From: Planctomycetota bacterium
GTDB taxonomy: Bacteria; Planctomycetota; SZUA-567; H5-PLA8
DNA length: 64,000 bases
Direction of reading: 5' to 3'
Assembly (NCBI GenBank): GCA_038227875.1
Contig: JBBRPR010000019.1
Location: 64,001 to 128,000, forward strand
Both the position numbers and the translations under genes were made by a program. This document shows positions 30,484 to 39,741 of this stretch, piece by piece. Position 1 is the first letter of the stretch, and every line of letters begins with the position of its first letter. The notes beneath the pieces were generated by a model. It was given only the letters and a program-made list of their open reading frames with translations. It made no database searches and had not been told where the DNA came from.

Positions 30484-31701
30484 TCACGCCAGTACGCACA
30501 GCAGTTCACGCTGCGGCGAGCCGCCGGTCACGCGGGCTTCCCTTTCGCCGACGTACATATCGATCTCGCTGCGTACGCCGAATCGACCTTCCAGGTAAAT
30601 GCCGGGCTCGATGGAAAACAGCGTGCGCGGAATCAGCAGGCGCGAATCCTCCGTCTCCAGGTTGTCGATGTTCGCGCCGTTGCCGTGGATTTCCGTCTGG
30701 ATGCTGTGCCCGGTGCGATGGATGAAATGCTCGCCGTAACCCGCCTTCACGATCACGCCGCGACTGACGTCGTCGACCTGCGCGCCGCTGATCGGACGCC
30801 CCGCACGCACGGCGTCGATCACGAACTGCGCGGCGGCATCGCGAGCATCGCGAACGATGTTGAAGACGCGCGTCATCTCGTCCGGCGCTTGTTTGCCGAC
30901 AAAACCGGTCCAGGTGATGTCAGCATAGATCGACGCGGGTTCCATCAGCTTCGCCCACAGATCGATCAGTACGAAATCGCCTTCCTTGATCGGCGCGTTG
31001 AGATCGATGGTCGGCTCGTAATGTGGCGATGCGGCGTTGCCGTTGACGCCGACAATCGGCGCGTCGTGCGTGACCATGCCGCGGTCGGCGAAGGCGTTCA
31101 TGATGTTGCGCTGGATGTCGTACTCCGTGGTCGGCATGCGATTTTTCAGGCGGCGGCCGACTTCATCGAAAGCGTTCTGGACGATTTCATAGAGGTACTT
31201 CGCCGCCGTCTCGTGCGATGCAAGCTGTTCGTCGCTGACCGTCGATTCGAAGGTGGCTACGAGCGTTGCCGAGGTCACGACCTCCACGCCGAACGAGCGG
31301 ATGAGCTCAATGGTGCCCGCGTCGACGCGCGAGACATACGGAATCGCGCCGTTGGGCGAATACTGCATCGCCACGCGCGGCGCGCGTCCGGGCGCGAGCG
31401 CCAGCAGTTCATCTTTGATGAAGCCGTGCAGCTGCTTCCACGGCAGGTAGATCAACTTGCGGCCCGGCAGGTGCGCCAGCGTGTCGCGTTCGATCGAATG
31501 GACAATCTTGACCGGCTCGCCGGTTTGCGGAATCAGGTAGAGCCAGCGGCGCGTCGCCATCGGCCCACCCGGCGCCATCTCCAGAATCTCGCCAGCAATC
31601 GGATCGTTACCGCGAAAGCTGTAAAACAGCCAGCCGTCGATATTGGCTTCTTTGAGTGCGCTTTGAATTTCAGCGATGCGAACCATGAGACCTCGATTCA
31701 T
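30484..31701 (-). CDS. M24 family Xaa-Pro aminopeptidase
   Basis: ASPHYEP, VLIDLWAK, YADITW, HRTGHSI, FSIEPGIY..FGVRSEID. Confidence 0.92.
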   Translation of the reverse strand: MNRGLMVRIAEIQSALKEANIDGWLFYSFRGNDPIAGEILEMAPGGPMATRRWLYLIPQTGEPVKIVHSIERDTLAHLPGRKLIYLPWKQLHGFIKDELLALAPGRAPRVAMQYSPNGAIPYVSRVDAGTIELIRSFGVEVVTSATLVATFESTVSDEQLASHETAAKYLYEIVQNAFDEVGRRLKNRMPTTEYDIQRNIMNAFADRGMVTHDAPIVGVNGNAASPHYEPTIDLNAPIKEGDFVLIDLWAKLMEPASIYADITWTGFVGKQAPDEMTRVFNIVRDARDAAAQFVIDAVRAGRPISGAQVDDVSRGVIVKAGYGEHFIHRTGHSIQTEIHGNGANIDNLETEDSRLLIPRTLFSIEPGIYLEGRFGVRSEIDMYVGEREARVTGGSPQRELLCVLA

Positions 31702-31719
31702 GAGCGGAGGTTACGCACT

Positions 31720-31802
31720 GGCAATTTTGAATTTTGAATTCTTAATTCTGAATTAGATTTACCTTCGCATTCCTAATTAAAAATTAAGAATTCAAAATTG
31801 CC
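31720..31802. repeat. AT-rich inverted repeat built from heptamers
   Basis: GGCAATTTTGAATTTTGAATTCTTAATTCTGAATTAG ... CTAATTAAAAATTAAGAATTCAAAATTGCC. Confidence 0.75.
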
Positions 31803-31804
31803 GT

Positions 31805-33559
31805 TCATCCGCCGCTCCCGAACTTCTCGCCGCCCGGCAGATCTTCGCCGAGGCGGCTGCGCAGGAATTCCAGGATCGATGCGGTGTCGGTCATGCCCAT
31901 CACCTTTTCAGCGACTTCCTTGCAGCGGTCGTAACGAACGTTGCGGATGATCTTTTTGATTTCCGGAATCGACGGCGGCGAAATCGAAATCTCCGTCAGT
32001 CCCATGCCCAGGAGAAGGGACGTGAAAATCGGATCGCCTGCCATTTCTCCGCACATGCTCACGGAGATGTTCGCCTTCTGCGCGCACTCAACGGTATATT
32101 TGATCAGCGACAACACCGCAGGATTGGCCGGGCTGTAAAGATTTGCAATCAGCTCATTGCCTCGGTCCACGGCCAGCGTGTATTGAGTCAAGTCATTGGT
32201 GCCGATCGAAAAGAAGCTGCACTCCTTGGCCAGCGTATGTGCCTGCAACGCCGCTGAGGGCACTTCAACCATGATGCCGATGTCGATGTTCTTGTCGAAG
32301 GCCTGGTGTTCGCGTTCCAGATCGGCTTTCGTTTCTTCAACGATGCGTTTGACCCAGCGCAGTTCTTCCACCGCGGTGATCATCGGCACCATCATGCGCA
32401 CTTTGCCGATCGCCGACGCGCGCAGAATCGCGCGGACCTGCGTGCGGAAGGTTTCCGGGTACTTCATCGAGACACGGATGCTGCGCAGCCCCAGGAACGG
32501 ATTGCGTTCATGCAGCGCGTGGTTCGGGTCGATCTTATCGGCGCCCAGATCCATTGTGCGGATCACCAGCGTCCGTCCTTGCAGCATCGAGATGCTCTTA
32601 CGGTACGCGTCGAAGTGCACGTTCTCGTCGGGAATGATGCCGCTGGTCAGGTAGAGGAATTCCGTGCGGAACAGGCCGATGCCGCCCGCGCCGTGCGTCA
32701 CGGCGTTCTGGACTTCGTCGGGCAGTTCGATGTTCGCAAGGACTTTGATCTCGCGGCCATCGGTGGTAACGGCGGGCTGGTCCTTTTCCTTCAGCAGCGA
32801 CTGTTCGAACGTCTGGAATTCCAATTGCAGCTTGCGGTAGCGGGCCAGCGTCCGTTCGTCGGGGCGCAGGATCACGATGCCGCGGTTGCCGTCGATGATG
32901 ATCGTTTCGCCGCCGGAAATATCCGTCGAGATCGACTCCAGTCCCACCACCGCCGGCATTTCATACGCGCGCGCGAGAATCGCCGTGTGACTGGTGCGCC
33001 CGCCCACATCGATCGCGAAGGCCTTTACTTTCGTGCGATCCAGCGACGCCGCCTGCGACGGTCCCAGATCGTGCGCCACCAGCGCGACGGGACGTTCGAG
33101 ATGCTTCAAGTCTTCGCGGCGTTCGCCGAGCAGCACCTTCAGGAGCCGCTTCTGCAGATCGTTGATGTCCGAACCGCGGTGCGCGAAAATCTGATCGCCG
33201 TATCCAGCCAGGCGTTTGGCGAAGTTCTTCAGCGTGACGGAAACAGCGTGCTCCGCAGAGTGTTTGTCGTTGCGGATCTTGTCCGTGATCTGCTTGCGCA
33301 GCGTCGCGTCTTTCAGCAACTGCATCTGCACCGTCAGAATCGCGCTCAGGGTGGGACCAAGCTGTTCTTCAGTCTGCCGGCGGATGGTATCGATCTCTTC
33401 CAAAACCTTGTCGGCCGCGAGCTCGAACCGTTTCACCTCATCTTCTGTAAGCTCATTGAGAACATACAGTTCCGGGATGCGAGCCTCCTCACTTTCCTGG
33501 AGGAAAGCCTCGCCGATGTAGACACCGGGGGAGACAGGTATGCCTTTCAGAATTTCCAT
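31805..33559 (-). CDS. ptsI: PEP-protein phosphotransferase (PTS enzyme I)
   Basis: GGRTSHTAILAR (phospho-His), GIGLFRTEFL, RTMDLGADK, ERNPFLGLRSIR, FFSIGTNDLTQY, MCGEMAG. Confidence 0.96.
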   Translation of the reverse strand: MEILKGIPVSPGVYIGEAFLQESEEARIPELYVLNELTEDEVKRFELAADKVLEEIDTIRRQTEEQLGPTLSAILTVQMQLLKDATLRKQITDKIRNDKHSAEHAVSVTLKNFAKRLAGYGDQIFAHRGSDINDLQKRLLKVLLGERREDLKHLERPVALVAHDLGPSQAASLDRTKVKAFAIDVGGRTSHTAILARAYEMPAVVGLESISTDISGGETIIIDGNRGIVILRPDERTLARYRKLQLEFQTFEQSLLKEKDQPAVTTDGREIKVLANIELPDEVQNAVTHGAGGIGLFRTEFLYLTSGIIPDENVHFDAYRKSISMLQGRTLVIRTMDLGADKIDPNHALHERNPFLGLRSIRVSMKYPETFRTQVRAILRASAIGKVRMMVPMITAVEELRWVKRIVEETKADLEREHQAFDKNIDIGIMVEVPSAALQAHTLAKECSFFSIGTNDLTQYTLAVDRGNELIANLYSPANPAVLSLIKYTVECAQKANISVSMCGEMAGDPIFTSLLLGMGLTEISISPPSIPEIKKIIRNVRYDRCKEVAEKVMGMTDTASILEFLRSRLGEDLPGGEKFGSGG

Positions 33560-33608
33560 AGCGCACGTATTAAAAGCGACTTAGCGGGAAACACAAGTGG
33601 ATTGGCCG

Positions 33609-34607
33609 TTACGCCTTCTGCGGTGCTGGCGGTGGTGGCGGCGCGGCCCCGGCTTGCGAGGACGATGGAGATGGCGCCGGCGCGGGCGCCGACGAAGCGG
33701 CTGCCGCTGCGGCGGCACTCGAGGCCTGGCCGGCGTGTGTCGTGATGCTGGTTTTCAGGCCAGAACCTTCGCCGCGACTCTCGTCGAATTCCTTGTCGAG
33801 GTCCGGTGCGCGAATGCCGGGCATATCCTGCGTTTCGATCTGCTCTTCGATGTCTTCGATCAGGCGGATGCTCTGCCGCGCTTTGCGATCCAGCGTGACC
33901 ACCGCGTCGATGGCCATTTCTTCAATGTCACGGGCGACGTCGCTGGCCTTGCCGCGCAGGTAAAAGTAGAAAATCGCCAGCGGAATCGAGACCAGCAACC
34001 CGAAGGCCAGCGGCACCAGCGCGCGGGCGCCGCCGTTGGCCAGCGCTGCGTAACGGCCGGCTTCCATCGCACCGGTTTCGTCCAGCGCGCGGATCAGTCC
34101 CACGCACAGACCGAACAGCCCCAGCAGCGGCGTCACGAGGCTCAGCACGCCGATGGGCCGCGAGTTGCGGCGCAGATCGTAGACGACGCGGCGGCCTTCA
34201 TCGAGAATCGCGGCTTCCATTTCCTGGCGCGCGGAGCCGTGCCGCAGCAGCGCGGCGTAGAGCACGCGGCTGAGCGACGACGACTTTTCCAGACACAGCG
34301 CGAGCGCCGCGTCCACACCGCGCATGTCGACGACCTTCACCACGTCTTTATGAAAATTCTTCGGCAGATGCCGCGCGCGGCGCAGGTTGTAGAGACGTTC
34401 GACGATCATCACCAGCCCGATGATCGCAGAGGCGAGGATCGGCCACATCATCCAGCCGCCCAGTTCGAAGATTGCACTGGCCGTGGGCGAATCGCCGATG
34501 ACGCGAAATAGGTCTGGCGGTAATGGCTCATCGGCCCACGCGGCGTTGAAACTCAGTCCGCACGCGAGTAACAGTGCTGGTAATAAAAGTGAGCGTCGCA
34601 AATTCAT
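33609..34607 (-). CDS. MotA/TolQ/ExbB proton channel family protein
   Basis: GGWMMWPILASAIIGLVMIVER, TPLLGLFG, ALVPLAFGLLVSIP; Ala/Ser/Pro-rich tail. Confidence 0.88.
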   Translation of the reverse strand: MNLRRSLLLPALLLACGLSFNAAWADEPLPPDLFRVIGDSPTASAIFELGGWMMWPILASAIIGLVMIVERLYNLRRARHLPKNFHKDVVKVVDMRGVDAALALCLEKSSSLSRVLYAALLRHGSARQEMEAAILDEGRRVVYDLRRNSRPIGVLSLVTPLLGLFGLCVGLIRALDETGAMEAGRYAALANGGARALVPLAFGLLVSIPLAIFYFYLRGKASDVARDIEEMAIDAVVTLDRKARQSIRLIEDIEEQIETQDMPGIRAPDLDKEFDESRGEGSGLKTSITTHAGQASSAAAAAAASSAPAPAPSPSSSQAGAAPPPPPAPQKA

Positions 34608-34742
34608 GTTCTTTCATGATAAGGACTTAAATTCGAACTTCCACACAAAAGGCCACTGGAAAACCAGTCGGCCTTTCCGTGCGCTTTGCTGCACATACAC
34701 CGCATATTGACCCAAGGATTCTTATAATTGTAGGATTGAAGA

Positions 34743-37001
34743 CTACGCCGTCGCGCCGGCTTGGCGCAACAACTTCGCGATTTCGGTGTGTCCGCGCCGC
34801 GTGGCCCACGCCAGCGGCGTCGCCCACGCGGGGTCGTCGGGAAGATTCGTTTTCGCGCCGCGGCTGAGGAGCAGTTCGACCAGCGCTTTCTGGCCGCAAC
34901 GCGCGGCGGTGGCCAGCGGCGTGGAACAGAATTCGTCCTCGCGCGCATTCAGGTCCGCGCCCAGGTTCAGGAACTCGACGGCCTTCTCGACGTTGCCGCT
35001 GGACGCAAAACGGTGCAGCGGCGTGATGCCCAGCCATGTCGGCTTGCTGGGATCCATGCCGTGCTGGTGAAGCATGGCGTTGATCTCCGGCGTCTTGCCG
35101 CAGTTCTCCCACACGTTCCAGACCATGCGTTTGGCCAGATCCGGCTGGTAACGGAGCATCAGCCGGACAATGTGTTCGTGCCCATTTTCCGCGGCGGTGG
35201 CCAGAGATAACGGGTCGTCGGCCAGCGACGGATCGATCGCGAACATCGCCGCGGCGGTGCGCACGTCGCCGTAGTAGGCCAGGATCTCCAGGTCCTGTGC
35301 CGCGCCGTACGAGCAGAGCAGCTCGACCATTTTCTGATCTTTGTTCGACAACACGCGGCTGAGAATGTCGCCGGAGCTTTCGACTCGGGCATTGGGATTC
35401 GCGCCGCGCTCCAGCAACAGCTGGGCGATCTCAAAGTGGCCGGCGGTAGCGGCGCTATAAAGTGCGAAGCCTTGGGGCGCCATGCCGGGTTCAGGCAGAT
35501 TCGGTTCGGCGCCGCGTTCCAGCAGCAGCTTCACGATTTCCAGATGCCCGGCCTCCGCCGCGTTGCGCAGCGCCGTGCCGGAACACGCGTAGTACCCGTA
35601 GTAATCATCGAGACGATTGGCCAGCGACGGATCCTCATCAAGCAGCGCGCGCACGCGGGCGAGATCGCCTTTCGACAACGCGGTGCAGATGTCCTGATAC
35701 GCGCCGAGCTTCAGCAGGTGGCGGTAGACGTCGTCGGGCTTGATTGGATGCTCTTTCGGCACATCGCGCCAGCCGCGGAAATGGTAGTCGCCGTTGGTGA
35801 GCTGAATGGGCCGCGCGCCGTCGGAGCGCCGGGCGTTGAGGTCCGCGCCGCGCGCAACGAGTTCATCGATCAGCGGAAGTTGGCGGGTCATCACCGCCCA
35901 GTGGATGGGCAGGTTGGTCCGTTCGTCGCCGGCGTGGAGCAACTCCGGCGACGCATCGAGCAGGGCTGTGACCGCGGACAGATCGCGTTTGCGGATCGCC
36001 GCAGCGATCTCGGAACCGCGCGGAGAAACGCCGTAGGTTGTGGCCAGTTTCGTTTCCAGCAGCTTCTGCATCTGCGTGTAGCCGCGGTCGCGCGCGATAT
36101 CCAGCGGACTGGAATGGAATTTCCCATCGGACGTTCCGGCCGCGTTGGCGCCGTGTTCCAGCAGCAGCGCGGCAACGTCGACGTGGTTCTCGCGCACGGC
36201 AAAGTGCAGGGGCGTGCGGTAGGCGTGCGTGCATTCCACCAGGGTGCGATCTTTGGTCAGCAGATTTTTGACACGTTCCAAATCGCCGACGCGGCACGCG
36301 CAGAGCATCTCCCAGACGTCAACACCGGTCCCCGTCGACCAGTCGAGCCGCTCGGTAGTCGAGAGTTCCTCGGGACAGACCATGGCTTGAATCCGCGCCG
36401 CGAACGAGGCATCGCGGGATGGACTGCTGTCATGCAATTCCTGGCTCATCGCCTTCCCCACCCATTCCGCCAGTTTCGTTCTGGCATCGTGCAGCCGCTT
36501 CTTCACCGTGGTCAGTGGCAGACCCAGGATCTCCGCGAGCTGCTCCGTATCGTAACCGCAATAATAATGGAGCACCGTGACCAGGCGGTAGGTTTCCGGC
36601 AGCGCGAGCACCGCCGCCATCGCGCTGCGCTGTTGCGCCGCCTGTTCGCGCTGCTCTTGCGGATCCATGTCCGCTCCCGAAAGTTCCGCCGCCACCGCCG
36701 GCGTGAGCGGCACCGTCTCCACCGCTTTCCGCCGCGTCAGCCGCACACATTGGCGGCGCACGATTGTCTTCAGCCATGCCGGAAAAGCCGCGGGCTGTTC
36801 CAACTTCCCCGCGCGCAATTCCCGATACACCACCACGAACGCCTCCTGCGAGGCATCCTGCGCCCCGTGCGTGTCGCCGAGGTACGCAAACGCGCAGGCG
36901 TACGCCATGTCCTGATAGCGCACAACCACGCGCCCGAAGGCGTCGTCGTCGCCTTGCGCTGCGGCGTTCAAGTCGTGAATTGCATCATCCGGTGTGACCA
37001 T
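34743..37001 (-). CDS. ECF sigma-70 factor fused to ankyrin repeats
   Basis: Region 2 (AQDASQEAF..AFPAWL) and region 4 (LAEILGLPLTTVKKRLHDAR), then ankyrins (RTPLHFAV, TALRNAA, ITPLHRFA, STPLATAA, ATPLAWA). Confidence 0.9.
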   Translation of the reverse strand: MVTPDDAIHDLNAAAQGDDDAFGRVVVRYQDMAYACAFAYLGDTHGAQDASQEAFVVVYRELRAGKLEQPAAFPAWLKTIVRRQCVRLTRRKAVETVPLTPAVAAELSGADMDPQEQREQAAQQRSAMAAVLALPETYRLVTVLHYYCGYDTEQLAEILGLPLTTVKKRLHDARTKLAEWVGKAMSQELHDSSPSRDASFAARIQAMVCPEELSTTERLDWSTGTGVDVWEMLCACRVGDLERVKNLLTKDRTLVECTHAYRTPLHFAVRENHVDVAALLLEHGANAAGTSDGKFHSSPLDIARDRGYTQMQKLLETKLATTYGVSPRGSEIAAAIRKRDLSAVTALLDASPELLHAGDERTNLPIHWAVMTRQLPLIDELVARGADLNARRSDGARPIQLTNGDYHFRGWRDVPKEHPIKPDDVYRHLLKLGAYQDICTALSKGDLARVRALLDEDPSLANRLDDYYGYYACSGTALRNAAEAGHLEIVKLLLERGAEPNLPEPGMAPQGFALYSAATAGHFEIAQLLLERGANPNARVESSGDILSRVLSNKDQKMVELLCSYGAAQDLEILAYYGDVRTAAAMFAIDPSLADDPLSLATAAENGHEHIVRLMLRYQPDLAKRMVWNVWENCGKTPEINAMLHQHGMDPSKPTWLGITPLHRFASSGNVEKAVEFLNLGADLNAREDEFCSTPLATAARCGQKALVELLLSRGAKTNLPDDPAWATPLAWATRRGHTEIAKLLRQAGATA

Positions 37002-37240
37002 ATGGCATGGATTGTCCTCACGGATGAAGTGCCGTCGAGTTGGATTTGGATACGGAGAATTTTTTGATTCTGGCGCTTCTTGCCACCTTCTACACTTCGT
37101 CCAGACGCTGGATTTGACTTCGAAAACGTGGGAGATACATTTTCTGGCCTAGCCGGGCTACGTTGTTGTTTTCGAAAAACCGATCCCGATTAGTGCTAGC
37201 TGGAAAAGAATTGCTTCTGCAAGGAAGTGGGGAGTTGTAC

Positions 37241-38260
37241 ATGGGCACTCGTGTAGGGATCAATGGATTTGGACGCATCGGCCGGTTGGTTTTCCGCGTG
37301 CTGGCAACGCGCCCGAACGACTTTACGGTCGTGGGCATCAACGACCTCGGCGACGCCAAGCATCTGGCTCATTTGTTGAAGTACGATTCGGTTCACGGCC
37401 GCTTCCCGGGTGAAGTCGGCGTGGACGGCGACAACCTGGTTGTCAACGGCGTCAAGATTCCGGTCAGCAAGATCCGCGCGCCCAAGGACCTGCCGTGGAA
37501 GAAACTCGAAGTTGAAATCGCGGCCGAATGCACGGGTCTGTTCACCACCCGCGGCGGCGAAAAAGGCGGCTTCGGCGACCACCTCACGGCCGGCGCCAAG
37601 AAGGTGCTGCTCAGCGCGCCCGCCAAGGAAGGCGTCGACGCCACGATCGTTTTCGGTGTCAACGAGAAGTCCTTGAAGGCCACCGACCTGACCTTCTCCA
37701 ACGCCAGCTGCACGACCAACTGCACGGCGCCGGTGATGAAGGTGCTCAACGACAGCTTCGGCATCGTCAAGGGCATGGTCACCACGATTCACGCCTACAC
37801 CAACGACCAGCGCATCAACGATCTAATTCACGAAGACATGCGCCGTGCGCGCGCCGCCGCGGTGAACATCATCCCGACGACCACCGGCATGTCCAAGGCG
37901 ATCAGCGAAGTCATCCCGGAACTGAAGGGCAAGATCGAAGGCGTCTCGTTCCGCGTGCCGGTCCCGACTGGCTCGCTGATCGACTGCACGCTGGAAGTCG
38001 GCCGCGACGTGACGGTTCAGGAAATCAACGGCGCCTTGAAGGCCGCCAGCGATGGCCCGATGAAGGGCATCCTCGGTTACACCGACGAACCGATCGTCTC
38101 CAGCGACATCGTCCACGATCCCCACAGCTCGATCATCGATTCGCTCCTGACCGCCGTGGTCCAGAAGCGCGTCATCAAGGTGGTCAGCTGGTACGACAAC
38201 GAATGGGGTTTCTCCAACCGCATGGGTGACTTGATTGCGCTCGCTTCGAAGTTGAAGTAA
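37241..38260 (+). CDS. gap: Type I glyceraldehyde-3-phosphate dehydrogenase
   Basis: INGFGRIGR, LLKYDSVHGRF, SNASCTTNC, RVPVPTGS, WYDNEWG. Confidence 0.97.
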   Translation: MGTRVGINGFGRIGRLVFRVLATRPNDFTVVGINDLGDAKHLAHLLKYDSVHGRFPGEVGVDGDNLVVNGVKIPVSKIRAPKDLPWKKLEVEIAAECTGLFTTRGGEKGGFGDHLTAGAKKVLLSAPAKEGVDATIVFGVNEKSLKATDLTFSNASCTTNCTAPVMKVLNDSFGIVKGMVTTIHAYTNDQRINDLIHEDMRRARAAAVNIIPTTTGMSKAISEVIPELKGKIEGVSFRVPVPTGSLIDCTLEVGRDVTVQEINGALKAASDGPMKGILGYTDEPIVSSDIVHDPHSSIIDSLLTAVVQKRVIKVVSWYDNEWGFSNRMGDLIALASKLK

Positions 38261-38270
38261 GCGCGGAGGT

Positions 38271-38459
38271 GGTTTTGAGTTATGAGTTTTTAGTTTTGAG
38301 TTGCGTTGCACTTTTCAGTGCGCGCAACTCAAAACTTTTCTTAACTCAGATTTACAGATGTCGGTTAACATGAAATAAAGGTGCCTGCGAAATTTCGGTT
38401 TTGAGTTGCGCGAGTCATTTCAAGCGTAACTCAAAACTTAAAACTCAAAACTCAAAACT
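38271..38459. repeat. Nested inverted repeat of (TTTTGAG)n/(AACTCAA)n heptamers
   Basis: GGTTTTGAGTTATGAGTTTTTAGTTTTGAGTTGCG ... CGTAACTCAAAACTTAAAACTCAAAACTCAAAACT with two internal hairpins. Confidence 0.8.
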
Positions 38460-38471
38460 ATCGGAGGCCTC

Positions 38472-39152
38472 ATGTCCATCGACGTGACCATCAACGAGCT
38501 CAAGTCGGGCAAGAAGAAGCGGCTGATTGCGCCGTCGGTGATTTCCGCGGACTTCACCAGGCTCAAAGATGAGCTCCAGGCGATCGAGGCGGCCGGGGCC
38601 GACTGGCTGCATGTCGACGTCATGGACGGGCAGTTTGTGCCCAATCTGACGCTGGGCATGTTCATCGTCGATGCGTTGAAGAAGATGACCAAGCTGCCGC
38701 TGGATTGCCATCTGATGATGCAGCATCCGGAAAACTATGTGGAACAGTTCATCAAGGCCGGCGCGGAATTCGTGACCGTGCATCCGGAATCCGAAGGCTA
38801 CATTTTCGGTGCGCTGGACAAGATCAAAAACGCTGGCTGCCGCGCGGGCATGGCGATCAAGCCGGCGACGCCGGTCTCGGTGATCTCCGACTACATCAAG
38901 TTCCTCGACATGATCCTGGTGATGACCGTCAACCCGGGCTTCAGCGGCCAGACGATGATCCAGTCGGCGCTCCCGAAGTACCAGGAATGCCGGAAGCTCT
39001 TCGGCAACGACATCCTGCTGGAGATCGACGGCGGCGTGATGCCGGAAAACGCGGCGAAGGTTCATGACGCCGGCGCTCAGGTGATCGTGGCGGCGACGGC
39101 GGTGTTCAAATCCAAGAGCTACAAGGAAGCAATCGGCACGCTGCGGGGCTGA
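38472..39152 (+). CDS. rpe: Ribulose-phosphate 3-epimerase
   Basis: IAPSVISADF, HVDVMDGQFVPNLT, DCHLM, VMTVNPGFSGQ, EIDGG. Confidence 0.96.
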   Translation: MSIDVTINELKSGKKKRLIAPSVISADFTRLKDELQAIEAAGADWLHVDVMDGQFVPNLTLGMFIVDALKKMTKLPLDCHLMMQHPENYVEQFIKAGAEFVTVHPESEGYIFGALDKIKNAGCRAGMAIKPATPVSVISDYIKFLDMILVMTVNPGFSGQTMIQSALPKYQECRKLFGNDILLEIDGGVMPENAAKVHDAGAQVIVAATAVFKSKSYKEAIGTLRG

Positions 39153-39166
39153 GACGCTTCAGCCAG

Positions 39167-39192
39167 ACCTTTGTGCCTTTGGGCACAAAGGT
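39167..39192. repeat. 26-bp palindrome family, divergent copy 4
   Basis: ACCTTT-GTG-CCTTTGGG-CAC-AAAGGT, 14 bp after the rpe stop; same length and geometry as the other copies. Confidence 0.55.
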
Positions 39193-39226
39193 CGGTAGAA
39201 CTTGCGGAGTTTGTGGAGCTCGGCGC

Positions 39227-39478
39227 GTGAATCTGGACGAGCCGGTTGATACTCCGAGTCTATCAACGCGGATCGGGCGTATTGCGGGCCTGTTCGGCTT
39301 GGTTGTGGGCGGAGTTATGATAGTCCTCGGTATGAATGCGTTTTTTGGAACATCGCCCAATCCCGAACTTGGAGGAATCAGCATTATGCTGGGTGTATTG
39401 ATCGTGGCGGCTAGTATTGCGATGGATAGCAACAGCCATGAGCCGGACGAGATTAAAAACCAGGAGCCGCACGCTTGA
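39227..39478 (+). CDS. Small two-TM membrane protein
   Basis: GTG after GGAG; two hydrophobic Gly-rich helices. Confidence 0.55.
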   Translation: MNLDEPVDTPSLSTRIGRIAGLFGLVVGGVMIVLGMNAFFGTSPNPELGGISIMLGVLIVAASIAMDSNSHEPDEIKNQEPHA

Positions 39479-39741
39479 GGACTGAACCACCACGCCGCTT
39501 CAAGCTGCCCGTTGCGATGGGCTTGTTTATGCTGGTTTACGGCGGCGTGATCGATGTCTTCGCGGTGGAGAGCCTGGTCGAAGGCGACTTGAGCGGCATC
39601 GGAACGTTCATGCTGGGAATATTTATTGTGGCTCTGGGCACTGTCTGTGACCGTGACCGCCATCGCGACTATGTGGCCGAGGCGCGCCGCGAAGAGCAAC
39701 TCGAACGAGAGGCCGCCGACTCCAATGGAAAAACGACCTGA
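39475..39741 (+). CDS. Small two-TM membrane protein
   Basis: TTGA start/stop overlap with the upstream ORF; two hydrophobic helices; 3' end overlaps the next gene's start. Confidence 0.5.
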   Translation: MRTEPPRRFKLPVAMGLFMLVYGGVIDVFAVESLVEGDLSGIGTFMLGIFIVALGTVCDRDRHRDYVAEARREEQLEREAADSNGKTT

